A DNA stretch of 61,995 bases, the filler included, from Dimorphilus gyrociliatus (Eukaryota > Animalia > Annelida): NCBI GenBank assembly GCA_904063045.1. It is 3 parts of 3 records of this genome, joined end to end, with 100 filler letters (N's around TTAATTAATTAA, not from the genome) between each part and the next. Parts side by side here need not be neighbours in the genome. Positions count along the whole stretch, not along the records: positions 1 to 20,907 come from CAJFCJ010000068.1; 2 more parts are not named here. One strand, 5' to 3'. The position numbers were made by a program, and so were the translations under genes. Shown in pieces: positions 1-12,610 of this stretch (position 1 is the stretch's first letter; every line of letters begins with the position of its first letter). Below the pieces are notes generated by a model. That model was not told the origin of the DNA, did no database searches, and saw nothing but the letters and a program-made list of their open reading frames with translations.

Positions 1-1361
1 TCTTAACTGGTTCCCCTCTTTTGATAAAGAATGAAGGGAAACTTGTTTTGTTGCAAGGATAATGGCTCCAGAATTTTGTAAGAAGTCACAACCAAGTATT
101 ACAGCCATATCCAATTTTTCCATAATGAAAAATTCTTGTTCATAAGTTCTGTCCAGCAAACTGGATGGTTCAATTTTGCTTTTCCTTTAATCTTAAAGCT
201 TTTCCATCTGCTTAAGTGATGGTTGTAAGTCTGTAGTTTCTATCATGATGATTATGGTCCATTAGCCTGATCCTTTTCAGTAATAAAGACATAAAGGCTC
301 CTGTATCACATAAGGCAATGACCTCTCTTCCATTATGATATTTAATTCGAAATTGGAAATCTTTTCTGCCTTTTACCAAAGAAGTACACTTAAAATGTGC
401 GATTTTCTCTTTTTTTGAGATTAAATGTTGCCATTCTTCCTTTAGAAATTTCAGTCTCATTCGGTCATCAGGTCCAACAGTATTAGTCTCTTAAAGCTGC
501 CTTTTTCATTATTTCCTGCATTTCCATTTCTTTGTTGTTGAAATCTATTTTGAGAAAAAGGTTTAAATGTATGTTCATTTTGATTTGAGTTACTCTGATT
601 GTTGTCAAATCTCCTTTTGTACTGTTTGAATTCATTTTTGCTTTCCTTTCTTGCATTATCAAAAAATATTTTGCTGTTTTTGCCAAATTAATATACTGAT
701 TAACTGAGTTAATCTTTCCATCTTTTTCCACATGATTAACAATTTTTCCTTTAAGACCATTCCTGAATACAGTTAACAGTTGAAGTTCTCTAACTCTTTC
801 AGTAACACAAGCCATTTCAGTATTATTGAATGGTAGGAATTTTTCCCCAAGTTCTTTACTTCTTCTAATAAAACTTTGGACAGTTTCATCATTGAACTGT
901 CTCAATCTATCAATTTCTTTTTTGTAAGCCATAGGATCTGGATTAAATTCTTCATCCAATGCATACCAAATTTCATTTTCATTTGCCATGGAGGGTAAAC
1001 TTTCAATAGCATCTCTGGCTCTTCCAGTAGTATATTTTCTCAGCATTCGAATTCTTTTCTCCTCTGGATCCCAAAGGTTTAATTCACAAGCTGTTTGAAA
1101 GTTCCTCTTAAAGGCCCAAGTATCTTTGCTACCCGAATAGGGTCTCAGCAAAGTAGTATTAGGTTTCTCATTAGCATCAATTAGAAGACTTGCAATTGTC
1201 TTTTCCAAAGTGTTATCTTGAATGCCATCATAAGTGAATTTTGGTTGAGTAGGATCAGGATTAACCATACCTTCAGGAATTGTAGCTGCCCCAGTCATCA
1301 AATGGTACTTTAAAAAGCTATTACCATCAACATTGGCTCCACTACTTTTAATTCTCAACAT
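1..1361 (-). pseudogene. Mirror copy of the Gag-protease retroelement derivative (see 9117-10761), with extra homopolymer frameshifts
   Basis: The N-terminal Gag translation is identical to 9117+, and ALCDTGA lies in ORF 212-460. Confidence 0.85.
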
Positions 1362-2189
1362 TAATTCATTAATTTTTGAAAGATACTCATCTACTTCCTA
1401 GGCTCTGCTTTTGTCACTCCCATAAACCAAAATAACATTCATTGAAGTAGCATTGTGGGCTGTCACCTGTGCCTTATTTGTACTTTGTTGTATTGTAATT
1501 GTAGAATTTCTGGTTCGTCACAACTGTAATTGTCCTTTCCAATCATTTACCAACTTGCAAAGTATGGTCCAAATAGAAACTTTAAAGTTCATCCAAAAAT
1601 AGTCTAACAAATGCAATATCGATAGAAATGAATCAACAAAACACCAGTATTTCATCGAAAGAATATTTATTGAGTAAAATGAGCTTCTAGTTCTAAACAA
1701 GCTAGTTTAAACAACTAGCTGATGGTTAGAAAACTGAACTATCACTGTTAATTTCGTAGGGTTTATATACTCTTTTAAGGGTTGATAGTTCATAAATTTC
1801 AAAGTGACAAAAACAAAAGTAACATTTTAAGACAAAGAAAAGTACTAAATATGGTCATGTTTTTATTGTTTTCCTCTTCTAAATAACAGTTGAATTTCAA
1901 AGGTTGGAGAGTTGCATAAGATGTAACAATTTTAGTCAGACAAGTCCAACAATCAAAACAACATGTAGATTGAATATTTGACCATTTTTGTATTCTATCT
2001 TAATAATGATATTCAATTGATTGAGTTAGTAATTTTAGCATCAGCATATAAGGAGGAAGTTTATCTGAAACTTAGAATTTAAGCATAATTGATACTTAAT
2101 TGAACTAGTTTTAGTTCAAAATCATAAATTTATGGTTTAATAAATGTAATATTAATGCTAGGTTGCAAATAGCAATATTCTTTTTACTA

Positions 2190-2430
2190 ATTTAATAGCT
2201 ATAATTTGAATAAAGAAACAGAGCAAAAATCTAGAAAATTTTCTTAAGAATTGTTGTAAAATAGAAACCTTACAACTGTCAAAGAATATTGGAATTGGTG
2301 ATGGAAACTTCAATTTTTGTGAAGCACTTCACAAATCTTCAAATACACTGTCAAGTCTCTACTTACTTGAATGTAATTTGAATGAAGAACAAACCAAAAA
2401 TCCACAAAATTTTCTAAAGAATTGTTTCAT
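2190..2430 (+). pseudogene. RNI-like leucine-rich-repeat gene fragment (mirror at 8031-8290, minus)
   Basis: Translation NLENFLKNCCKIETLQLSKNIGIGDGNFNFCEALHKSSNTLSSLYLLECNL has the LxxLxLxxN/C repeat pattern. Confidence 0.75.
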
Positions 2431-3229
2431 CATAGTTGAGTAACTATTATATCTGTTACTTACTTAATAAATATGCATATTTGTTTTTGAAGTCTGTAAA
2501 AGAATGATCATTAATAAAATCATCTATTTTTGTGGCTTATGAAAAATTTCTTCTTCAATGTTTAAATAATTTAGAAAATTTAACTTCTGAAAATTATGAA
2601 CTGTGCTGCTTTGGAAAGAAATATTTTAAGAAAATTGAATCCTTTTAACCACAATGACCCAAATTTAATTATTGGGCTGATTTATTAGAATCAACCTTTC
2701 TATATGTTCTGTTATGGATTTTCTGAGTATTAGCATTTTTGAAAATACCTTTGTTTTTATTTTTAGAACTTTCATTTGTAAAGCACCAAGAAGTTACTTT
2801 CAAATGAGTCTAATTTTTGCAGATTTAAGTACTTCTAAATGTTCAATGTATAAAGGAAATGAGACACCTCAAATTTTCTTATGCCCAAAGAACATCTTCC
2901 ACAATGAAGGAGCTATGGTTTTCTGCATTCAGCCTTCTCCTTTTTCTCCAGACTTCAAATCATATTTTCTATTATGTAAAGTAATCCTTTTTTTTCTTTT
3001 TTCTTCTATAGTTTCAATTTTTCCAAGTTTTTGTTGAGATGTAGGAGAGAATATCTTTTAAGGTAGGTTAAGTGTTTTAAAGTGGATATTTTTAAACTTC
3101 CAAAGAAGTAGCCAAGTATAACAAGGAAAAAAGGACTAGTTTGACTTAAAAATTTAAATTTTCAATTTGATTCAACTTTTGTGCTTTTTGAATTTTGGGA
3201 GAAAGATATTTATTCAAGCAATGAAAGAA

Positions 3230-3310
3230 TATTAGTATTTGCAATTGACAATCATTTAAAACTCTTGTCTTTGGCAAAGATGTGGTATATGGATGGTACT
3301 TTCAAATAGT
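3230..3310 (+). mobile_element. MULE (Mutator-like) transposase fragment (mirror about 7170-7260, minus)
   Basis: Translates as LVFAIDNHLKLLSLAKMWYMDGTFK, the MULE DDE first-aspartate motif (W-x-x-D-G-T-F-K). Confidence 0.7.
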
Positions 3311-4309
3311 ATGTATCAAAAGTGTATGCACTGCCCTATGCAAAACTAGGTCAATACTGCCTATTTCTATCAGTGCTATCTGTACAGTACAATATTGTTC
3401 AATACTTTTTATCTATTGTACAATATTGCTGACAATTGTATATGTATAATCTGAGAAAATGAAAACTGTGAAATTGGAAATGAAAAAGTTTTTTTGATAG
3501 CATATTTTTTCAAATGGCTTGAAGATTTTTAATACTGTACATATTTAATAATATAAAGCAGAACATATCTCAATTAAGTTGACATGCTGTGATGTCACCA
3601 ACTTTGAAGTTTTCCCAAATGGAAAACAGTTCTTTTTTAATTTTTGTGTAGAATTTTTTTTTGCATTCTCAATATCTTCTTCTCACTTAATAATTTTTCA
3701 TATACATAAATTAATTTAGACTCTCTCTTTAGTTCATTAATATTTTTGTAAAATGATTAATTTATTTCCATGATTTTATTGAATCTATTATGAAATCCTT
3801 CCAGATCATTATTCATTCGGATTGATTATTTAAAAATAGACCAAGTTTCTAGAGGCCAAAAGCTTCAAACTTAATTCTTTCAGCCAGCTCACTTTTTATT
3901 TTTTAGAATTGATTTACAATTAAAGTATGAGGAAGGCAGGGCAAAGCCATAATCATTTTCATTGATTGGCATTCTCCTTCTCTCTTTTTAAATTCTGGGC
4001 TGTGACCCAGATCCTAAAAGTAAAATAATAAACTTTGATTAAATATTGACACTTATTAGTATTTTTCTAACCTGAAGTGTTTTAAAAATGGCTTGTGACC
4101 AATGTAAAGATCAACCAAGCATTGTAACATCTGGCCATGTATCTCTAATACTTTTCCAAATGGCCTTCTCATAGTTCAACACATTTTTTGGAACAGAGAT
4201 GTGATCAGTTAATTCATTTACAATCAAAATGCACAAATTTTCATTGATTTAAGTATTTAAAATATAACTTACCTTGAATAGTAATTTATTAGCTTTTTGC
4301 TTTTTAAAA

Positions 4310-4735
4310 GTTAAGAATGGAAAAAGCAATGGCACCAGCTTCAACTATACATCACTTCAGAAATCTTCAAATACACTAACAAGTCTCTATTTACCTGAAT
4401 GTAATTTGAATGAAGAACAAACCAAAAATCTAGAAAATTTCCTGAAGAATTGTTCTAAAATAGAAAATTTAGACCTTAATGAAAATATTAGAACTGGTGA
4501 TGGAAACTATAATTTTTGTGAAGCACTTCACAAATCCTTAAATACATTGAATTGGCTGACTCTGAAATCATGTAAAATCAAAGCAAAAATCTAGAAAATT
4601 TTCTAAAGAATTGTTCTAAAATAGAAAAAGTTATATCTGTCAAAGAATATTGGAATTGGTGATGGAAACTTTAATTTTTGTGAAGCACTTCACAAATCTT
4701 CAAATACACTAACAAGTCTCTATTTACGTGAATGA
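4310..4735 (+). pseudogene. LRR gene fragment with 171-nt (57-codon) tandem units (mirror about 5750-6180, minus)
   Basis: KSSNTLTSLYLPECNLNEEQTKNLENFLKNCSKIENLDLNENIRTGDGNYNFCEALH recurs. The AATACACT/AATACATT marker recurs at about 4370, 4541 and 4703. Confidence 0.8.
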
Positions 4736-4784
4736 AGAAAATTGAATACTTTCAAGCACAATGACACAAATTTAATGAGGGTTG

Positions 4785-5070
4785 TTGAAAATGCCCACTG
4801 TTGAAAACGCCCACTGTGCTTGTTCAAAACACCCACTGGGCTTGGTTGAAAACGCCCACTCTGCTTGTTTGAAAATGCCCACTGTGTTTATTGATAATTA
4901 CGCACCATTCCTAAGCTACAAAAGTTGTTTAATTACGTTTGAAATGATAACTCTTCAAGTTGAAGTAATAGAGATGTAATTAGTTTTAACATGTGTATTA
5001 AAAAAATGTAATAGAATTATTTAGAGTAGAAACATTGATGGCAGACAGATTTATAAATGATAAATTGCTG
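4785..5070 (+). repeat. MITE-like repeat end with tandem GTTGAAAACGCCCACT units; homologous to about 22980-23180
   Basis: Five degenerate units lie at 4785-4875. The body matches 22980-23130 (AGAAACATTGA..GCAGACAGATTTATA.ATGATAAATTG), and the inverted motif AGTGGGAGTTTTCAAC is at about 23161-23176. Confidence 0.6.
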
Positions 5071-6289
5071 AATATTTTTCCAAAAGCTCACCAGTACAAA
5101 TATTACCATTGTACCTTGTTGTATTGTAATTGTAGGAATTTCTGCTTCTTCAGAACAGTATTCGTCCTTTCCAATCATTATCAATTTACCAAAGTACTGG
5201 TCCAATTAGAACCTTTCAAGTTCGTCCACAAAAGTCTTAACAAATTGTAATTTCGGTAGAAATAAATTCAACAAATACCAGTATTTCGTCCAAAGAATAT
5301 GTATTGGAAAGGACGAATACTGTTCTGAAGAAGCAGAAATTCCTACAATTACAATACAACAAGGTACAATGGTAATATTTGTACTGGTGAGCTTTTGGAA
5401 AAATATTCAGCAATTTATCATTTATAAATCTGTCTGCCATCAATGTTTCTACTCTAAATAATTCTATTACATTTTTTTAATACACATGTTAAAACTAATT
5501 ACATCTCTATTACTTCAACTTGAAGAGTTATCATTTCAAACGTAATTAAACAACTTTTGTAGCTTAGGAATGGTGCGTAATTATCAATAAACACAGTGGG
5601 CATTTTCAACAAGCAGAGTGGGCGTTTTCAACAAGCCCAGTGGGTGTTTTGAACAAGCACAGTGGGCGTTTTCAACAGTGGGCATTTTCAACAACCCTCA
5701 TTAAATTTGTGTCATTGTGCTTGAAAGTATTCAATTTTCTTCATTCACGTAAATAGAGACTTGTTAGTGTATTTGAAGATTTGTGAAGTGCTTCACAAAA
5801 ATTAAAGTTTCCATCACCAATTCCAATATTCTTTGACAGATATAACTTTTCTATTTTAGAACAATTCTTTAGAAAATTTTCTAGATTTTTGCTTTGATTT
5901 TACATGATTTCAGAGTCAGCCAATTCAATGTATTTAAGGATTTGTGAAGTGCTTCACAAAAATTATAGTTTCCATCACCAGTTCTAATATTTTCATTAAG
6001 GTCTAAATTTTCTATTTTAGAACAATTCTTCAGGAAATTTTCTAGATTTTTGGTTTGTTCTTCATTCAAATTACATTCAGGTAAATAGAGACTTGTTAGT
6101 GTATTTGAAGATTTCTGAAGTGATGTATAGTTGAAGCTGGTGCCATTGCTTTTTCCATTCTTAACTTTAAAAAGCAAAAAGCTAATAAATTACTATTCAA
6201 GGTAAGTTATATTTTTAAATACTTAAATCAATGAAAATTTGTGCATTTTGATTGTAAATGAATTAACTGATCACATCTCTGTTCCAAAA

Positions 6290-6715
6290 AATGTGTTGAA
6301 CTATGAGAAGGCCATTTGGAAAAGTATTAGAGATACATGGCCAGATGTTACAATGCTTGGTTGATCTTTACATTGGTCACAAGCCATTTTTAAAACACTT
6401 CAGGTTAGAAAAAATACTAATAAGTGTCAATATTTAATCAAAGTTTATTATTTTACTTTTAGGATCTGGGTCACAGCCCAGAATTTAAAAAGAGAGAAGG
6501 AGAATGCCAATCAATGAAAATGATTATGGCTTTGCCCTGCCTTCCTCATACTTTAATTGTAAATCAATTCTAAAAAATAAAAAGTGAGCTGGCTGAAAGA
6601 ATTAAGTTTGAAGCTTTTGGCCTCTAGAAACTTGGTCTATTTTTAAATAATCAATCCGAATGAATAATGATCTGGAAGGATTTCATAATAGATTCAATAA
6701 AATCATGGAAATAAA
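6290..6715 (+). mobile_element. MULE transposase remnant (mirror about 3770-4200, minus)
   Basis: YEKAIWKSIRDTWPDVTMLG*SLHWSQAI (DFEKA...CxFHxxQAI motif) and RMNNDLEGFHNRFNK (RTNNxxEGWH motif). Confidence 0.7.
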
Positions 6716-8759
6716 TTAATCATTTTACAAAAATATTAATGAACTAAAGAGAGAGTCTAAATTAATTTATGTATATGAAAAATTATTAAGTGAGAAGAAG
6801 ATATTGAGAATGCAAAAAAAAATTCTACACAAAAATTAAAAAAGAACTGTTTTCCATTTGGGAAAACTTCAAAGTTGGTGACATCACAGCATGTCAACTT
6901 ATTGAGATATGTTCTGCTTTATATTATTAAATATGTACAGTATTAAAAATCTTCAAGCCATTTGAAAAAATATGCTATCAAAAAAACTTTTTCATTTCCA
7001 ATTTCACAGTTTTCATTTTCTCAGATTATACATATACAATTGTCAGCAATATTGTACAATAGATAAAAAGTATTGAACCAATATTGTACTGTACAGATAG
7101 CACTGATAGAAATAGGCAGTATTGACCTAGTTTTGCATAGGGCAGTGCATACACTTTTGATACATACTATTTGAAAGTACCATCCATATACCACATCTTT
7201 GCCAAAGACAAGAGTTTTAAATGATTGTCAATTGCAAATACTAATATTCTTTCATTGCTTGAATAAATATCTTTCTCCCAAAATTCAAAAAGCACAAAAG
7301 TTGAATCAAATTGAAAATTTAAATTTTTAAGTCAAACTAGTCCTTTTTTCCTTGTTATACTTGGCTACTTCTTTGGAAGTTTAAAAATATCCACTTTAAA
7401 ACACTTAACCTACCTTAAAAGATATTCTCTCCTACATCTCAACAAAAACTTGGAAAAATTGAAACTATAGAAGAAAAAGAAAAAAAGGATTACTTTACAT
7501 AATAGAAAATATGATTTGAAGTCTGGAGAAAAAGGAGAAGGCTGAATGCAGAAAACCATAGCTCCTTCATTGTGGAAGATGTTCTTTGGCATAAGAAAAT
7601 TTGAGGTGTCTCATTTCCTTTATACATTGAACATTTAGAAGTACTTAAATCTGCAAAAATTAGACTCATTTGAAAGTAACTTCTTGGTGCTTTACAAATG
7701 AAAGTTCTAAAAATAAAAACAAAGGTATTTTCAAAAAATGCTAATACTCAGAAAATCCATAACAGAACATATAGAAAGGTTGATTCTAATAAATCAGCCC
7801 AATAATTAAATTTGGGTCATTGTGGTTAAAAGGATTCAATTTTCTTAAAATATTTCTTTCCAAAGCAGCACAGTTCATAATTTTCAGAAGTTAAATTTTC
7901 TAAATTATTTAAACATTGAAGAAGAAATTTTTCATAAGCCACAAAAATAGATGATTTTATTAATGATCATTCTTTTACAGACTTCAAAAACAAATATGCA
8001 TATTTATTAAGTAAGTAACAGATATAATAGTTACTCAACTATGATGAAACAATTCTTTAGAAAATTTTGTGGATTTTTGGTTTGTTCTTCATTCAAATTA
8101 CATTCAAGTAAGTAGAGACTTGACAGTGTATTTGAAGATTTGTGAAGTGCTTCACAAAAATTGAAGTTTCCATCACCAATTCCAATATTCTTTGACAGTT
8201 GTAAGGTTTCTATTTTACAACAATTCTTAAGAAAATTTTCTAGATTTTTGCTCTGTTCTTTATTCAAATTATAGCTATTAAATTAGTAAAAGAATATTGC
8301 TATTTGCAACCTAGCATTAATATTACAATTTATTAAACCATAAATTTATGATTTTGAACTAAAACTAGTTCAATTAAGTATCAATTATGCTTAAATTCTA
8401 AGTTTCAGATAAACTTCCTCCTTATATGCTGATGCTAAAATTACTAACTCAATCAATTGAATATCATTATTAAGATAGAATACAAAAATGGTCAAATATT
8501 CAATCTACATGTTGTTTTGATTGTTGGACTTGTCTGACTAAAATTGTTACATCTTATGCAACTCTCCAACCTTTGAAATTCAACTGTTATTTAGAAGAGG
8601 AAAACAATAAAAACATGACCATATTTAGTACTTTTCTTTGTCTTAAAATGTTACTTTTGTTTTTGTCAACTTTGAAATTTATGAACTATCAACCCTTAAA
8701 AGAGTATATAAACCCTACGAAATTAACAGTTGATAGTTCAGTTTTCTAACCATCAGCTA

Positions 8760-9000
8760 GTTGTTTAAACTAGCTTGTTTAGAACTAGAAGCTCATTTTA
8801 CTCAATAAATATTCTTTCGATGAAATACTGGTGTTTTGTTGATTCATTTCTATCGATATTGCATTTGTTAGACTATTTTTGGATGAACTTTAAAGTTTCT
8901 ATTTGGACCCATACTTTGGCAAGTTGGTAAATGATTGGAAAGGACAATTACAGTTGTGACGAACCAGAAATTCCTACAATTACAATACAACAAAGTACAA
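8760..9000. repeat. Unclassified dispersed repeat; other copies at about 5120-5300, 11030-11250, 43930-44070 and their mirrors
   Basis: Shared segments TTGGAAAGGAC(A/G)AATACTG and CTACAATTACAATACAACAAAGTAC. No protein family recognised. Confidence 0.65.
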
Positions 9001-9116
9001 ATAAGGCACAGGTGACAGCCCACAATGCTACTTCAATGAATGTTATTTTGGTTTATGGGAGTGACAAAGCCAGAGCCTAGGAAGTAGATGAGTATCTTTC
9101 AATAATTAATGAATTA

Positions 9117-10091
9117 ATGTTGAGAATTAAAAGTAGTGGAGCCAATGTTGATGGTAATAGCTTTTTAAAGTACCATTTGATGACTGGGGCAGCTACAATT
9201 CCTGAAGGTATGGTTAATCCTGATCCTACTCAACCAAAATTCACTTATGATGGCATTCAAGATAACACTTTGGAAAAGACAATTGCAAGTCTTCTAATTG
9301 ATGCTAATGAGAAACCTAATACTACTTTGCTGAGACCCTATTCGGGTAGCAAAGATACTTGGGCCTTTAAGAGGAACTTTCAAACAGCTTGTGAATTAAA
9401 CCTTTGGGATCCAGAGGAGAAAAGAATTCGAATGCTGAGAAAATATACTACTGGAAGAGCCAGAGATGCTATTGAAAGTTTACCCTCCATGGCAAATGAA
9501 AATGAAATTTGGTATGCATTGGATGAAGAATTTAATCCAGATCCTATGGCTTACAAAAAAGAAATTGATAGATTGAGACAGTTCAATGATGAAACTGTCC
9601 AAAGTTTTATTAGAAGAAGTAAAGAACTTGGGGAAAAATTCCTACCATTCAATAATACTGAAATGGCTTGTGTTACTGAAAGAGTTAGAGAACTTCAACT
9701 GTTAACTGTATTCAGGAATGGTCTTAAAGGAAAAATTGTTAATCATGTGGAAAAAGATGGAAAGATTAACTCAGTTAATCAGTATATTAATTTGGCAAAA
9801 ACAGCAAAAATATTTTTTGATAATGCAAGAAAGGAAAGCAAAAATGAATTCAAACAGTACAAAAGGAGATTTGACAACAATCAGAGTAACTCAAATCAAA
9901 ATGAACATACATTTAAACCTTTTTCTCAAAATAGATTTCAACAACAAAGAAATGGAAATGCAGGAAATAATGAAAAAGGCAGCTTTAAGAGACTAATACA
10001 TGTTGGACCTGATGAACCGAATGAGACTGAAATTTCTAAAGGAAGAATGGCAACATTTAATCTCAAAAAAAGAGAAAATCGCACATTTTAA
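9117..10091 (+). CDS. gag: Ty3/gypsy-type Gag (capsid) ORF, 324 aa
   Basis: LLRPYSGSKDTWAFKRNFQTACELNLW...EIWYALDEEFNPDP...RQFNDETVQSF aligns with the Gag of the full element (ILKLYDGSKECSKFKEDFNQAC...EIWKALHDEFDLDP...KQMNGESVVQF). No PBS or LTR lies immediately upstream. Confidence 0.85.
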   Translation: MLRIKSSGANVDGNSFLKYHLMTGAATIPEGMVNPDPTQPKFTYDGIQDNTLEKTIASLLIDANEKPNTTLLRPYSGSKDTWAFKRNFQTACELNLWDPEEKRIRMLRKYTTGRARDAIESLPSMANENEIWYALDEEFNPDPMAYKKEIDRLRQFNDETVQSFIRRSKELGEKFLPFNNTEMACVTERVRELQLLTVFRNGLKGKIVNHVEKDGKINSVNQYINLAKTAKIFFDNARKESKNEFKQYKRRFDNNQSNSNQNEHTFKPFSQNRFQQQRNGNAGNNEKGSFKRLIHVGPDEPNETEISKGRMATFNLKKRENRTF

Positions 10092-10761
10092 GTGTACTTC
10101 TTTGGTAAAAGGCAGAAAAGATTTCCAATTTCGAATTAAATATCATAATGGAAGAGAGGTCATTGCCTTATGTGATACAGGAGCCTTTATGTCCTTTATT
10201 ACTGAAAAGGAAATCAGGCTAATGGACCATAAATTCATCATGATAGAAACTACAGACTTACCAACCATCACTTAAGCAGATGGAAAAGCTTTAAAGATTA
10301 AAGGAAAAGCAAAATTGAACATCCAGTTTGCTGGAAGAATTATGAAACAAGAATTTTTCATTATGGAAAAATTGGATATGGCTGTAATACTTGGTTGTGA
10401 CTTCTTACAAAATTCTGGAGCCATTATCAACTTTGCAACAAAACAAGTTTCCCTTCCATTCTTTATCAAAAGAGGGGAACCAGTTAAGAAGTTTATACAA
10501 CAAGCCCAAAATCAACAAACAAAATCTGGAAAACAAGCAAATATGACAAAAATAACTTTTGGAATGTTGGGAAAATATTTTCACAACTACCAAAACACCA
10601 CTGAAGAAGCTGGCACTAAAACCTATCCAGGCTCTGATTCAGAACTTATTATAAATTCATTTGAAGAAAGAATGAAACCACCTCAGAAGAAGAGTATCTA
10701 TTTTTGTTTTTTAAAATTTGTGATATTTTATGAAAAATGGGAAATTTTAAATATCTTTTAA
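10065..10761 (+). pseudogene. Retropepsin (aspartic protease) region in the +1 frame after Gag, with an in-frame TAA at 10273-10275
   Basis: ALCDTGA (DTG at 10174-10182) and ILGCDFL. It matches the C-terminal second protease of the 51720-56882 ORF; PTIT*ADG corresponds to PIITSADG. Confidence 0.85.
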
Positions 10762-11605
10762 ATAAATCAAATGTGGAAGTGTCTAAAATGCAAAATATTT
10801 TAAATGGATATTGCTAAAATAGGTTGTTAAGAAGTATATAAATATAATATTGAATAATATAATGATCACATTATACAGAATCTGTTGAGCTGAATTATAC
10901 ACTTGAAATTTAACAAAATAGGGGTAAAACCATACCTGATTGAAACCCTAGTCATATTAGGTGAAACCATACTCTTGAAATTCCAGACATTTTATTTATT
11001 AATACATAGGAAAAGCATATAGAATATGTACTTTGTTGTATTGTAATCATAGGAATATCTGCTTCTTCGGAACAGTATTTGTCCTTTCCAATTATTTATC
11101 AATTTACCAAAGTACTCACACAAATAGAACCTTTCAAGTTCCTACACAAATAGTCTTAAAAAATGTAATTTTTGTAGAAATTAATCAACAAAGTGCCAGT
11201 ATTTCAGTTAAAGAAAATATATTAAGTAAATGAGTTTCTAGTTCTAAACAATGTGAAGAATGGAAAAGTGAATTGATTGAATATGGTTTTATCAAAGAAA
11301 ATAAAGACTTAATAAAGAAACCTACAATTAACACATTTGCTGACTGGGTTCAAATAGTCAATGAACACATTGGACAAGAAATGAACTGGATAAATAAGAC
11401 AAATTAGAGTGGTTTATGCCTGTTAATTGTTGGTAATAATACACAAAGTCATACATCATCTTGAAAAACTCTAGATAAAAATGTTGAATGCATCAAGCTA
11501 AGAAGATATTTATCATATCCAAACTATTCAATAATGAACCTCCCATATCAAGACAGACACATAAGAGGATTAGGTGGACCAAGAAAAAGAGTGTTAATTC
11601 CACAT

Positions 11606-12217
11606 TGTACAACTTTGGTTATATTTTACATGCTTGAACTCTATTATTTTATGCAACATATACATGTACATCTTGAAACCTACGCAAGAAAATGCTATAA
11701 CACTGACCAAACATAAGTCTGATTAGTCAGTTTGAAGGCTCATCTTTAATTAACAATAAAGGTTTGGCCAAGTTATGATTTAATTAACTTGCCTAGGGTG
11801 TGGCCAAGTTATAATTCAATTAACCTTCCTAAATGTTCAACCTTGTAACATCCTCTTACTAAACATAAATATGAACTACACATTTCGGCAACTGTAAAGT
11901 GATGATTGGATGTCAGAGGCAAACCTCAAAGTATATAAATCCTCACTATTCTCATTCTGCATGCAGCTTCCATCTGAACCCAAGGACCTGGAAAGATAAC
12001 CTGGAAACAACTCCTCGACATTGGAAGACAGTTTGGTAACTTGGCAACCTGCTAATACAAACTATCTACTCTGCTATTGAACTCTCATATTGCACTTGCT
12101 TAAGTATTATTATTGTGAATAAACCATTTTAATTTAAACATTTGTTTAAAAGGTTTGAGTAGAACCAGTATTGTTATAACTTGCAAATGCATAGATTTTG
12201 CCAGCAAGAGCAGTACA
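11606..12217 (+). mobile_element. Solo LTR of the contig-3 gypsy family, 4-bp TSD ACAT
   Basis: TGTAC...GTACA termini, ACAT at 11602-11605 and 12218-12221, colinear with LTR 56943-57577 apart from substitutions and an about 20-nt deletion. Confidence 0.93.
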
Positions 12218-12514
12218 ACATAAAGCATTTGATTTATTAAAAACTGACCTCAAAGAGTCAAACTATGCTAATAAGATAATGCTAACAGACACAAATTATC
12301 AAGTTATTTCAAATATTGAAGCTATGAGACTGGAAAAGTTTCAAGGAAAAAAGAAATCCTTTTTGAGAAATGCAAATGAAACAGATAAACAAAATATTGT
12401 AACTTATATTGATAGGGGGTGTAGGAGAAAACATCCAATTATCTATACCAAATATTAATCTCTAAACCGTTGTTCATATAAAAAATTACTGTTCATGCTT
12501 TCTCCTAAGTTATG

Positions 12515-12610
12515 GACATTTTCTCCTGTGGACGTTCTCTCTTGTGGACATTTTCTCTTTAGTTGTGGACGATTTCTCCTGTGAATGTTTTCTCTTGTGG
12601 ACATTTTCTC
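12515..12610. repeat. Degenerate tandem TGTGGAC(A/G)TTTTCTC units, likely a DNA-transposon subterminal repeat (mirror about 17395-17490)
   Basis: Five or six imperfect units are directly visible. Confidence 0.6.

Larger units (their letters stand above)
1..10489. repeat. Large near-perfect inverted repeat (fold-back 1): arms 1-5175 and 5303-10489, 127-nt spacer
   Basis: Position 1 TCTTAACTGGTTCCCCTCTT is the reverse complement of 10470-10489. The ORF track shows mirrored ORFs (483-1361 minus vs 9117-10091 plus; 4274-4594 plus vs 5881-6177 minus). The arm differences I inspected are mostly 1-nt homopolymer indels. Confidence 0.97.
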
